A DNA stretch of 56,949 nt from a virus (Duplodnaviria; Caudoviricetes). Shown here one piece after another: positions 9,916 to 19,389 of the stretch. Location: the IMG/VR virus record IMGVR_UViG_3300037440_000905, positions 1-56,949 of that record; one strand, 5' to 3'. Under the pieces are notes generated by a model. That model worked only from the letters and a program-made list of their open reading frames with translations. It was not told where the DNA came from and did not search any database. The first letter of the stretch is position 1. Each line of letters starts with the position of its first letter. A program made the translations under genes and the position numbers.

Positions 9916-12900
9916 ATGCCACGATACCAAATAACCGATGAACAGACTGGTCGGACATTGCTTGTCGAAGGTGATTCCGCCCCGGACGATGCGGATATTG
10001 AATTTCTGTTCAGCCAGATCGACCAACCGGACACACCGGAAGCCTCGCCCGCATTACCGACCGCTCAGCCAGCTCCTACCGTAGAGAAGACCGAGGAACC
10101 AAGCCTCGTTTCCAAAGCCATCGCATCGGTGATTGGCGGCCCCAGCAAAGCCATCTTCGCTCCCGAATTGGGTGCCGGTACCATTGAGCAAGTTCGTCTT
10201 GGACTCATCGGAGCGGCACCTGCGGTATCCCGTGACCTAAACCGGGCCTTGGCCATGGTGACAGATCCCCAGCTTGGGGCGGGAAAGCTCGCTCCATTCC
10301 TTCAGGCGGAAGTGCCGGGATTCATGAAGTCCATGGGCGCCGTGAGCGAACAGTTCCAAGGCGCTGCAGACATTGCCGGCGAGTATGCCGAAGCCGTAGA
10401 AACCGTTGGACAAGCCACCAAGGGACCTGACATCGCCCGGACCATCGCCACGTCGGCGGGAAGTTTGGCACCAAGCCTGGCGGCCGCGCCGGCGGGCCTG
10501 TGGGCCATGGCAGTGGCGGGTGGGATCCAGCAGATGGGCGGAACCTACGGGCAAAGCCGCCAAACACGCCTCGAGGGAGCCAGGACGCCAGAAGAGATTC
10601 AGTCGGCGGAGAAGGCCGCCGCCCTGGATGGCATTGCCGCCGGCTTGATTACGACCTTGGTGACGCGCGGCTTCGGAGCGACCGGCGTCGATGTGATTTC
10701 CAAATTGACCGGGAAGGCCGCGGCCCAAACTGCTTCGAAAGCGATTGCCCAACAAGGCAGCCGCGCCGCGGTGGTAGAACTGCTCAAGCAATCCGGCTTG
10801 GAAGCCAGCGAGGAGATGGTCGATCAGATGTTTCAGACGATCCTTCAAAAGCTCCGTTACAGCCCCGATTTGACCTTCCACGAAGCTGCCCGCCAGGTGT
10901 TGGAAGCCGGGTTGGGTGGAGCCATCCTCAGCAGCTTTGTCAATGTCCCACAAGCAGCAGCAACCATAACCCAAACCACACAAGAAAATGCCAGCCAAGA
11001 CCGAACGACAGAGGAAGTTTATGGCGATGTGCGCCAACAACCCGAGCAAGTCCAAGAAGCCGTGCCCGCCCAGGAAGGTGGCGCGGGAGTTCAGCCGCAA
11101 GCCCAAGAAGAGGTAACTGAAAATGATAATCCAAAATCGTTAGAAACCAAAGGCGTTAGCCAGCAAGAAATCTTCTCTAAAACTGGGATGTGGAAAGCTC
11201 CCGGTGGATTTTGGGTTCCTGACGATGCTTCCGTCGAAATTCCAGATACCTTTGTGCAGACGTGGTTTGAAGGTGTTGCTTCTCAAAACATGAAGGCGAC
11301 TAAAGGTTATACTCTTGATGAAATTGCCGGCGAAAATCATCCATTGTTTATGAAGTATCCTTGGTTGAAGGATATGAAATTTTACGTGGACATGCAGTCA
11401 CCATCCGCAGGAGGCGGTTATCTTCCGGTCGATGTTTATCACGATAGGAAAGGGTCCGTTCATATAAAAATCCCAACGAAGGCTATTTTTGATAAAGCCC
11501 AGGGAAAAGTACAATGGGTTCATAGAACGGTTGATGTCGATCCATCCAAAGAAATTGGAGAGGGCAAATATACGATTAATGATGAAAATCCGTCGATTTT
11601 ACTCTCAAGGATTTTAAATCATGAGATCACTCATGCGGTGCAAGACCGTTTGAATCTTCCGGAAGGAGGATCTCCATTGGATTATTTTTTCGATCAGAAT
11701 CTCAAGTTGGATTTAGAGGGCAAGAGGCAAGAGTCTTTTGATTATTACAAACGTCTTGCCGGCGAATCGTTGGCACGCCTTTCCGAGGTAAGATCTAAAA
11801 TGTCCCAAACCGAAAAAATCAATGAACCGCCATGGGTTACTTTTCAAAAGATGTTGGAATCCGAGGGAATCATCAAATCCGGAGAATCGTGGGAAGATGT
11901 GTTGGTGGTTAAACAACACGGCAAGATAATTTCAAAGTCCAAACCCAAAGCCCAAGAAGAGGTAGCGGTCGAACCTGAAGAAGACGTTCTGGAATCGCGC
12001 ATCGTCTCGGAGGAAGAGGCGCCGGATTTCGAAGCCATCACGGAGGATGAAGCCCAGGATTATTTCGAGCGCCGCTTCGGTACCATCGAAGAGGGTGAAC
12101 CGTCCGAATTTGCTGAGTTTGCCTTCGGAAGAACGGGACGATTCACGTTCCCCGATTACGATCCCTTCAAGCAGTGGATGGGCGCGCGGTATGCCGAACG
12201 GGATTTGGAAGGCATGAAGCTGGCCTTCGCCGAGGCTTCCAACAAGATGAAGGCGCGGTGGATCAAAGACGTTCTCAAGGGTGCCGATCCCCATTTGAAG
12301 AACTGGATCTACCACATGGCCACGGGAACGGATTTGAGCACGGACACCGATCCACCCGTGACCAGGACCACCCGCCGGCCAATGCCAGGCGAACCCGAAC
12401 CAACTCCGGGGGCTCAGCCTCCTCCTGGTCCTGCACCAACCGGAACACCCGGGGCGCCTCCACCCGGGGCGCCTCCAGGGCCTCCGTCTCCGCGCACCAA
12501 CGTCCCCGGCCATAGGCCGTTCAACATCACAGCCATGGTTCAGTTGCTGAGAACTCAGAACAAGTTTCCGACGGTGAACAAGCGGTTGACCAAGGCTTAC
12601 GGCCGTTACATGACCGCCGCCCAGCAGGTGGAGTTGAAGAGTCGACTCTTGTGGGATCAGGCATTGGCGTCGCGGGTGTTGGGTCATGAGATCGGCCATT
12701 GGATCGATCTGGCGATCGAGGCGACCGGCAAAGGAAAAAAATTTGCCGAACGGTTGAAACCGATGTTCGACTTCAAGAACAACATCGCTCAAGCCAGGCA
12801 TCTGACGAATCAGGCGAAGGAATTGTCCAGCCAATGGCGAGGTCCGTTCAGCCCAGGGGACCGGTATCGGAACAAATCCAGCGAGCTTTTTGCGGATTTT

Positions 12901-15900
12901 ATTTCATCGATGCTCAACGATCCGAATTGGGTGAACCAGAATTTCCCAGATCTGTTCGACGCCTTCCAGGATTTGCGCGACGCCAAGCCTGCCTTCAAGC
13001 ACGCCTACCGGGAATTGGAAACGTGGTTGCAGGGTGACACGATGGCGGCTGAATTGATCGAGCAGGACAAGGAAGCGGTGATGCGCACGCACGATATCCT
13101 GTTTGCAGATCGCAAGGCCGAAAAGGCTTCAATCAAGAATCGTCTGCTTGGCGCCTTCACAACCGTCTGGAACCGGGCCTTTGAAATGGAAGGAAAACCG
13201 CGATTGATCGGCAAGTCGCTCACAGAAAAATTGGAGTTTTCCTACACCTGGGGTGCCAATCAAATGTCGGTCTGGTTCGATGACTACGTGAAGAGTGTTC
13301 AGCCGAACATCGACAAGATTTCCAACGATCCGATTGAAGCCCAAGCGGCGCTTCTGACCTACACCAAAGCCCGTCGTATCATTGGCGAGCGCCGTGCCGG
13401 TGGGATTTGGATCGAGCAAAACCCTGAAGAAGCGCGTTCGTTGCTCAAGGCTATCATCAAGTTGGACCCGGCTCTTTCTGGCAAATACAATCAGGCGGTC
13501 GAAGACGCACAGCCTGATGGAATTTACGATCTCTCCGCTGTCATTCTTCGGGAAATCCATGATCTAGGAGAGACATTTGTCAATCGCGTCATCAGCGAAA
13601 TCGACAAGATGGACCTGGGCGTTGATGGGGATTCCATGATGGTCGCCTTCAACGTGCGCGGCAAGTTGCTCAATCCCCAAGGTGTGACACCAGAAACGGC
13701 ACAACAGGAGTTGGACGAATTGAGTAATCGTCTTGGTCCCCAACGGTATCAAGCTTTGGAGACTGCCGCTAACAACCTGCGGGGTTTGCTTTTCGACGTG
13801 CAACGGCGCATGCACGATGCGGGCCTGATTTCCGACAAGATGTGGAACGAGTTGATCGTTCCAAACCAGGACAACTATGTGCCATTCGCTGTCTTAGATT
13901 ATTTCGAAGGCAGTGTGGGCGCGGGCATCATGCCCCAAGAAGGAACGACCAAGGACGTGGCGGACGTTTCGGCGGCCACCCAACTGAAGGTGGTGAGTTC
14001 GTTGGGCTGGCTGCAACGGCAACGCCAGGCCATGGTTCTGCGCGACATTTGGACGCAAGCTGGAAACGCGATGCCATTGGGTCAACGCCTGAAACGATCC
14101 TCTGAAATCAAAGACATCCGTCGCGCCCACAAGCACGACTCCACGAGCCGGATTGTAATTTGGGACAACGGGCAACCCCATGTGATGGAACTCACGGGAG
14201 ATCCGGGCAAGACTTTGGAAAGCGCCACTTCATTGCCGGAGTTTTACGATCACATCAAATGGTTCCAGGAAGCCTCCCAATTCTCGCATCGGGTGATGGC
14301 GCTCTTCACTCAATGGAATCCGGCTTTCATGGCTTGGCGTAATCCTGTACGTGGCACGCGCACGGCATATCTGAAAGTTGGGGCGCGTGCCTTGGCCAAA
14401 CAGATCGGTCCCAAGCGGACCAAGGAATTGATGCGTTTGGCCTACAATTACGCCGAGGCGGCCACGGGTAAAGCCATGCTGCCAGAAGTGCGGGCTTTGG
14501 TGGAAAGCCAGGCGTTGCCGGCGCCGCATCTGGCTTATGGTGAAGTGCGCGATCTTTCCAGCGCCCGCGAGTTGATGGCTCGAGGCGCGTTACCAGTGTT
14601 CGTTGCCCAACGATTGCGCCATGAGGTTCCACAAGAAGCCGGCCCGGTCAGGACTGGGGTTCGGAAAGCGGATGCGTTTGCAGACAAAATGTTCACCGCC
14701 TACGAGGCTTTCGAGAAGATTTACAATTTTCAAGCCGCGCTCGAAGCGGGTCACGACGTGGAAACCGCCCAAGGCGTGGCGCGTAGGGCTGGTATCGTCA
14801 ATCCAGGGGTTTCCGGTAAATGGTCCAGTCTCATGGAGATCTTTTATCCTTGGACCCGCATCCGATTGCAGGGTTTGCGCGTGACCTATCAGATGCTCCG
14901 GGACCCACGCTTTCGCAAAGGATACGCGGCTCGGTTTGGTTTAACCGAAGCTGTCCCTCGCATGGCCAAGGCTGCCATCGCCGCGGGCATTGTTTCGGGT
15001 GCTATCAAATGGCTTCTATTGGGAGACGACGACGACGAAAACGATTCAGTCGTGGCCGAAGTGTTTCGACGGATTTCGCCTTACAAGATGGCCCTGGACG
15101 ATCTGGTGCCGGTCATGTTGTATGATGCAAGAACTGGTGATCACATTCCTTTTTGGGAGTTTAAGGAAGGCTCCAAAATTCCGTCCAGGCGATTCAAGAA
15201 AGGCTCGGAAATTCCCGATCATTACGAGGTAATCAGTTGGCGACTTCCGACCAGCGAGGAAGGCATCACCTGGGGCACGTTCCTCTACCACAATCTTTCC
15301 TCAGCTCCTGGCCTTCGAGAACAGATTGGCAAACCGGACAAAGGTTGGCTTGCGACGATGGGCGACTGGGCGGGTGATTACCTGGTGCCTGGCTTGAGTC
15401 CGGCAATCACGACAACTGTGAACACAACCAAGATGATCGCCACGGGAGAGAACCCGCAAGATCCTTACACGATGCATCCCTCGGCCAATAAGCAGATGTT
15501 CGACGCGGGCGGGATGGAGAGGGCGCAAGCCATCGCCGGCTATGTCATGAACAACTCGGGAGGTCCCGGGGTGCTGGCTGGGATCATGGCCGCCAACTTC
15601 GGGCTGATGGACGAGAGGGCCTTGAACGCTTTTTCCCAGCGGCTTGCGAGTGACAAGGAAAGTTGGATTCAGAAGATTCCGTTTTCGTCGACGATGTTTT
15701 CTTTCGACAATTACGCGAAGTATCGCACCGAACGATTGAGCCAGGTGGAGGAGGAGCAGTTGCGGGCGGGAGCCAAGTTGATCATGCCTCCCAGAGTGCG
15801 ATCCATGTACGACTTCTATTACAAAAACGTCCGAAGACGTGACAAACTTTCCGACAACGATCTGGAACAGTTCGAAGTGGCAAGCGCATGGATTCGCAAT

Positions 15901-16071
15901 GTTTGGGGAACCTTGACAATAGATGGCAAACCCAATTCCAACTCATGGTATTCCAAGGCCGCGGCGGCGACGAAAGGTTCCCGCCAAGCCAAAGCCACCT
16001 TCAAGCGGGACATCGAAGCGGTATCCGAGGAGTACGTTGCCGAGTTCGAAACGATCCGATCCTCACGTTGA
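9916..16071 (+). CDS. Large polyvalent/ejection protein with an LPD23-like segment and two HExxH zincin-like motifs
   Basis: 2051 aa; Ala/Gly-rich membrane-like N-terminal region; KTGMWKAPGGFW...YPWLKD...HEITHAVQ...YKRLAGE segment; second HEIGH...ELFAD motif; Pro-rich linker. Confidence 0.7.
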   Translation: MPRYQITDEQTGRTLLVEGDSAPDDADIEFLFSQIDQPDTPEASPALPTAQPAPTVEKTEEPSLVSKAIASVIGGPSKAIFAPELGAGTIEQVRLGLIGAAPAVSRDLNRALAMVTDPQLGAGKLAPFLQAEVPGFMKSMGAVSEQFQGAADIAGEYAEAVETVGQATKGPDIARTIATSAGSLAPSLAAAPAGLWAMAVAGGIQQMGGTYGQSRQTRLEGARTPEEIQSAEKAAALDGIAAGLITTLVTRGFGATGVDVISKLTGKAAAQTASKAIAQQGSRAAVVELLKQSGLEASEEMVDQMFQTILQKLRYSPDLTFHEAARQVLEAGLGGAILSSFVNVPQAAATITQTTQENASQDRTTEEVYGDVRQQPEQVQEAVPAQEGGAGVQPQAQEEVTENDNPKSLETKGVSQQEIFSKTGMWKAPGGFWVPDDASVEIPDTFVQTWFEGVASQNMKATKGYTLDEIAGENHPLFMKYPWLKDMKFYVDMQSPSAGGGYLPVDVYHDRKGSVHIKIPTKAIFDKAQGKVQWVHRTVDVDPSKEIGEGKYTINDENPSILLSRILNHEITHAVQDRLNLPEGGSPLDYFFDQNLKLDLEGKRQESFDYYKRLAGESLARLSEVRSKMSQTEKINEPPWVTFQKMLESEGIIKSGESWEDVLVVKQHGKIISKSKPKAQEEVAVEPEEDVLESRIVSEEEAPDFEAITEDEAQDYFERRFGTIEEGEPSEFAEFAFGRTGRFTFPDYDPFKQWMGARYAERDLEGMKLAFAEASNKMKARWIKDVLKGADPHLKNWIYHMATGTDLSTDTDPPVTRTTRRPMPGEPEPTPGAQPPPGPAPTGTPGAPPPGAPPGPPSPRTNVPGHRPFNITAMVQLLRTQNKFPTVNKRLTKAYGRYMTAAQQVELKSRLLWDQALASRVLGHEIGHWIDLAIEATGKGKKFAERLKPMFDFKNNIAQARHLTNQAKELSSQWRGPFSPGDRYRNKSSELFADFISSMLNDPNWVNQNFPDLFDAFQDLRDAKPAFKHAYRELETWLQGDTMAAELIEQDKEAVMRTHDILFADRKAEKASIKNRLLGAFTTVWNRAFEMEGKPRLIGKSLTEKLEFSYTWGANQMSVWFDDYVKSVQPNIDKISNDPIEAQAALLTYTKARRIIGERRAGGIWIEQNPEEARSLLKAIIKLDPALSGKYNQAVEDAQPDGIYDLSAVILREIHDLGETFVNRVISEIDKMDLGVDGDSMMVAFNVRGKLLNPQGVTPETAQQELDELSNRLGPQRYQALETAANNLRGLLFDVQRRMHDAGLISDKMWNELIVPNQDNYVPFAVLDYFEGSVGAGIMPQEGTTKDVADVSAATQLKVVSSLGWLQRQRQAMVLRDIWTQAGNAMPLGQRLKRSSEIKDIRRAHKHDSTSRIVIWDNGQPHVMELTGDPGKTLESATSLPEFYDHIKWFQEASQFSHRVMALFTQWNPAFMAWRNPVRGTRTAYLKVGARALAKQIGPKRTKELMRLAYNYAEAATGKAMLPEVRALVESQALPAPHLAYGEVRDLSSARELMARGALPVFVAQRLRHEVPQEAGPVRTGVRKADAFADKMFTAYEAFEKIYNFQAALEAGHDVETAQGVARRAGIVNPGVSGKWSSLMEIFYPWTRIRLQGLRVTYQMLRDPRFRKGYAARFGLTEAVPRMAKAAIAAGIVSGAIKWLLLGDDDDENDSVVAEVFRRISPYKMALDDLVPVMLYDARTGDHIPFWEFKEGSKIPSRRFKKGSEIPDHYEVISWRLPTSEEGITWGTFLYHNLSSAPGLREQIGKPDKGWLATMGDWAGDYLVPGLSPAITTTVNTTKMIATGENPQDPYTMHPSANKQMFDAGGMERAQAIAGYVMNNSGGPGVLAGIMAANFGLMDERALNAFSQRLASDKESWIQKIPFSSTMFSFDNYAKYRTERLSQVEEEQLRAGAKLIMPPRVRSMYDFYYKNVRRRDKLSDNDLEQFEVASAWIRNVWGTLTIDGKPNSNSWYSKAAAATKGSRQAKATFKRDIEAVSEEYVAEFETIRSSR
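11099..11115 (+). repeat. 17-bp direct repeat, left copy (aagcccaagaagaggta)
   Basis: Identical copy at 11948-11964, 849 bp downstream and in the same frame. Confidence 0.85.
11948..11964 (+). repeat. 17-bp direct repeat, right copy
   Basis: Identical to 11099-11115. Confidence 0.85.
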
Positions 16072-16154
16072 TGCAAAACAACTGTTGACGACAAAAAGTG
16101 AACGTGCCACGTTTTCACTCTTAGTGGATGCTCATATTGGTTGGTTCTTCATGG

Positions 16155-16183
16155 ACCCCCTTCGTAACTGAAGGGGGTTTTTT
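16155..16183 (+). terminator. Intrinsic terminator closing the tail/ejection operon
   Basis: acccccttc-gtaact-gaagggggt followed by a T run. Confidence 0.8.
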
Positions 16184-16201
16184 ATTGGAAAAAATAATGC
16201 G

Positions 16202-16247
16202 AAATAAATGTTGCATTCTTAACCGATGCGAAATACATCTTTTGCAT
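16202..16247 (+). promoter_or_regulatory. Putative promoter, repeated at 24417-24463
   Basis: aaataaatgTTGCA...aataCaTcttttgcat; TTGCAT-17 bp-TACATC; both conserved blocks recur at 24417. Confidence 0.6.
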
Positions 16248-16351
16248 CGGGTGCCGCTCGACGAACGAAAGCGCACTCTCCGGTGGTTGAAAGTCCGATG
16301 CGATTAAAGGACGCCACGGAGTGACCCCGTGAAAATGAGAAAGGTAAGAAA

Positions 16352-17035
16352 ATGGCAGCTCCAAAAAAGGCTCTGTATCACTCAGAGTTGGTCAAAAACA
16401 CCCCCGTCACGATCAAGATCAAAAGCGACGTGACGCAGTCCAAGTTCGCGGGTCAACCCAACTACGTGATTGTGGAATTCCAAGGCCACGAACGAAATCT
16501 TTCGTGCGAAAACCCTGAGATCGAAAGCACCCTCGAAGGGTTGAAGGGACGCACCCTGGTCTTCGATGTTGGGGGTGGAGGGAAGAACGATCCCGACAGT
16601 GCCTACATGCAATTCGTGTCGGAAAGCGAAGATCTTCCTGATGAGGAGCCACCGCGGCAACCGGCCCGTAGAACTCCTCCTCCTCAGCGTGTCGCCACGC
16701 CGGCGAGACCTGTAACGCCCCAGGCCCAACCACCGGCCCGGGCGGCCGCTCCGCCGGCGGCACCGCAGAAGGATCCTGTTTTGGAAACGAAAAAGATGGC
16801 GGCGAGGCTGGTTAATCTGAGGTTGATCGCGATGCAGGCGGCGTTGTTTTTTAGGGATCAGGTGAAGGAGCAGTTTGGGGTTGATCAATCACCTGAACTC
16901 ACGCACGCCACGGCGACGACGTTCATGATTGGGTTGGAGAAGGCCAGTTTCGTCCACCAGATGCCAACGGGCGCCTTGAAATTGGCCGCGGCACCAGCCT
17001 ACGAGCCATCGGACAATGATGGAAATGCGGAGTGA
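16352..17035 (+). CDS. Hypothetical protein with Pro-rich linker (possibly ssDNA-binding or recombination)
   Basis: Beta-rich N-terminal domain, Pro/Ala linker, acidic tail; first gene of the DNA-metabolism operon. Confidence 0.5.
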   Translation: MAAPKKALYHSELVKNTPVTIKIKSDVTQSKFAGQPNYVIVEFQGHERNLSCENPEIESTLEGLKGRTLVFDVGGGGKNDPDSAYMQFVSESEDLPDEEPPRQPARRTPPPQRVATPARPVTPQAQPPARAAAPPAAPQKDPVLETKKMAARLVNLRLIAMQAALFFRDQVKEQFGVDQSPELTHATATTFMIGLEKASFVHQMPTGALKLAAAPAYEPSDNDGNAE

Positions 17036-17061
17036 TCCAAATAAAAACCAACTCTTAAACT

Positions 17062-18963
17062 ATGATTACCAAACTTGAATTATTGAATGTGAAAGGCATC
17101 ACGGCTGCCTTTGATCTGCAACCGTGCGTGGCCATCATCGGCCCCAACTTCAGCGGCAAGACTGCCATCTTGGAATCAATCCGGCTGGCTCTGTTGGGTT
17201 GGTCCCCAACTCACGGGAAGACAGCCCAGGGGTTGTTCAAGCTGTCCAGCGGCAAGGAGATGGTCATCCGCGCGCAGGTCGGCGACCAGAAGATCGAACG
17301 ACGATGGACACAGACCGGCGCCAAGGTGAGCCAGAGCAAGGGCGATGAACTGGTTCCTTCTGTGTTGGTGGACCTGAACACATGGCTGCGAATGAGCGCG
17401 GCTGAACGGACCAGTAACCTGTTGGCCGCGGCGACTCAATCGGGGACGCCCGACGACACCATGGCGCGGATCCGGTTGCTTCGTGTGAACGGAGAAGCGC
17501 AGAAAACAGCCCTCATGGAAGCCAAAAACCGTCTGGATTTTCTGGCCCTGGACGCCAAAGACCATGACGCCAACTTCGCGCAGTTCCTGGATGCGGCCAT
17601 TGAGCAGGAGAAGAGGATGCTCAAGGACGCCAAGGACAATTACAAACGCCTTTCATCGGCTCTCCAAGGCGGGGTGATGAGCCAGGGGGATGCGCCTGAG
17701 AACGTGGATCATCCGTTGGAGGCATCCCGAGCCAAACTTTCGGAATTCGACAACCGACTTGGGGCGCACGCCTCGCAGATGCGGCTTCGAACCAAGCTGG
17801 ATGAAGAGATAAGGGCAATACGCGCAGATATTCGCATAGATCAAGTAACAATAAATGTCATTGGCGCCTCCCAGAAAGCAAAGGCGAATCTTGAAAAACA
17901 GATCGCTGAGTTGGAGAAGAAAGCGGCTTCGTTACCCGACCAGAACACGTTGAATTTGGCGAATGAAGTCGTAGCACAGGCTCGAGTCAAATCGGAACAT
18001 TCCACAAAAGCGATGTTAAATGCCGAAAAGGCATTGAGCGAATTGAAGATGGCTACATGTTGCCCTCATTGTCTGGCCAAAGGTAAGGGATGGAAATCCA
18101 ACCTCGAAACCAATTTGCGCGAAGAAATCTCCAAACGCATTTTGCAACAGAACAAGTTCAATGAAGAATTCCGGGTGGCTTTCGACCATCTCAAGAGATT
18201 GCTTTTCACAATAGAAAACTGTGGATCTGCCACTACGGACTTAGCCAATCGTCGTCAAAATTTGAAAGACATCATGGATGTCCTCGAAGACGCCAAATCG
18301 GCGCCTGAAAGAATCAAAGTGGCCCAGGAAAAACTTGCGGCCACCGAAAAGGAATTGGCAGACCTTGGTCCGGTCGAATCGGTGGACCGATTAACCGACC
18401 AAGCCATGCAACTGCGTGAACTCATTCCGGTCCTGGAAGGTCAACAGAAACGTTACCACGGTTACATGGGCGAACGCGCTGCCATGGCCAAGCAATCGGA
18501 GAGAATTCAAGCCATCGAAGCCGAGGTCGCCGTTTCTGAGCAAGTCCTTGATATCCTGGTGGAGGATCAGAAGGCGTTGCTTGAGCAAGTGGCCGATTCG
18601 GTTATGGCCCGCGCGCGGGAGTTCACGGATGGGATCATGCGCGGTGAATTTGAATGGAGGGATGGCGAACCGGGCTACGAGCGCGACGGCCGTTGGGTTT
18701 CATTCGACGCATTTAGCGGCACGGAGAAGGCGATTGCCTACGCCGGCTTGAGCGTGGCCCTGGCGCACGAATCCAAATACAAGGTGGTGTTAATCGATGA
18801 GATGGGAGTGATGGATACAATGACAAAATCCGTGGTGACCAAGCGGATGCAAGCCCTTGTGGATTCCAAATTCATCGATCAATTCATCTGCGCGGACGTG
18901 GAAGATATGCGGCTTCCACCTGGTTATCAAGTGATCCGGACGGAACAGTTCAATGCAAAATAA
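17062..18963 (+). CDS. Rad50/SbcC-like (SMC superfamily) ABC ATPase
   Basis: Walker A GPNFSGKT, long coiled coils with central zinc hook CPHC, signature FSGTE, Walker B VVLIDE. Confidence 0.9.
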   Translation: MITKLELLNVKGITAAFDLQPCVAIIGPNFSGKTAILESIRLALLGWSPTHGKTAQGLFKLSSGKEMVIRAQVGDQKIERRWTQTGAKVSQSKGDELVPSVLVDLNTWLRMSAAERTSNLLAAATQSGTPDDTMARIRLLRVNGEAQKTALMEAKNRLDFLALDAKDHDANFAQFLDAAIEQEKRMLKDAKDNYKRLSSALQGGVMSQGDAPENVDHPLEASRAKLSEFDNRLGAHASQMRLRTKLDEEIRAIRADIRIDQVTINVIGASQKAKANLEKQIAELEKKAASLPDQNTLNLANEVVAQARVKSEHSTKAMLNAEKALSELKMATCCPHCLAKGKGWKSNLETNLREEISKRILQQNKFNEEFRVAFDHLKRLLFTIENCGSATTDLANRRQNLKDIMDVLEDAKSAPERIKVAQEKLAATEKELADLGPVESVDRLTDQAMQLRELIPVLEGQQKRYHGYMGERAAMAKQSERIQAIEAEVAVSEQVLDILVEDQKALLEQVADSVMARAREFTDGIMRGEFEWRDGEPGYERDGRWVSFDAFSGTEKAIAYAGLSVALAHESKYKVVLIDEMGVMDTMTKSVVTKRMQALVDSKFIDQFICADVEDMRLPPGYQVIRTEQFNAK

Positions 18964-19194
18964 AAATTGCTGAAACAGTTTCCGTTGGTTAAGAGAACGT
19001 AATGAATGTCTGTTTACTGATCTATTGTCCAGATTGCACTGGGGTCTTTGCTTCTCCACTGTCATGCCGGCAGAAGTTGTGGGCTGTCCGACGGGAAAGC
19101 CCCGTTCCACTGGGGAATTTCATCCAAAGCCGGTGTCCCACCTGTGAAGTGAAGCGCCGGGATTCCAAGTCAATCGATAGAAATCCAAAAATCC

Positions 19195-19389
19195 ATGAAA
19201 ACAGATCCTAATACATCAGTCTTTCCACACAATGGATCGTTTGCTCAGGGTCTCACCAAACGCGAACTGTTCGCCGCCATGGCGATGCAGGGGTTGTTGG
19301 CGTCTCCGTGTCCGAGCGGTGCAGAACAAGTCAATGCAGTCATTTGCGCCGACAAACTCATTGAAGAACTCAACAAAGACGAAGAATGA
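19195..19389 (+). CDS. Conserved small phage protein
   Basis: GLTKRELFAAMAMQGLLA motif, widespread in phage early genes. Confidence 0.7.
   Translation: MKTDPNTSVFPHNGSFAQGLTKRELFAAMAMQGLLASPCPSGAEQVNAVICADKLIEELNKDEE

Noticed and set aside
11116-11947. Insert in the giant protein as an intein or intron
   Set aside because: No N-terminal Cys/Ser block, no terminal His-Asn and no LAGLIDADG motif; the frame is continuous.
12390-12500. Short tandem repeats (cccggggcgcctcca x2)
   Set aside because: They encode a Pro/Gly linker; not a CRISPR array or regulatory repeat.
10237-12834. Long minus-strand ORFs (289 and 300 aa), and similar ones at 30024, 41181, 43591 and 44589
   Set aside because: Antisense shadows of well-supported genes in GC-rich DNA, with no motifs.
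16096-16120. Second parS-like site (gtgaacgtgccacgttttcac)
   Set aside because: An imperfect inverted repeat lacking the CACGTG core and consensus arms.
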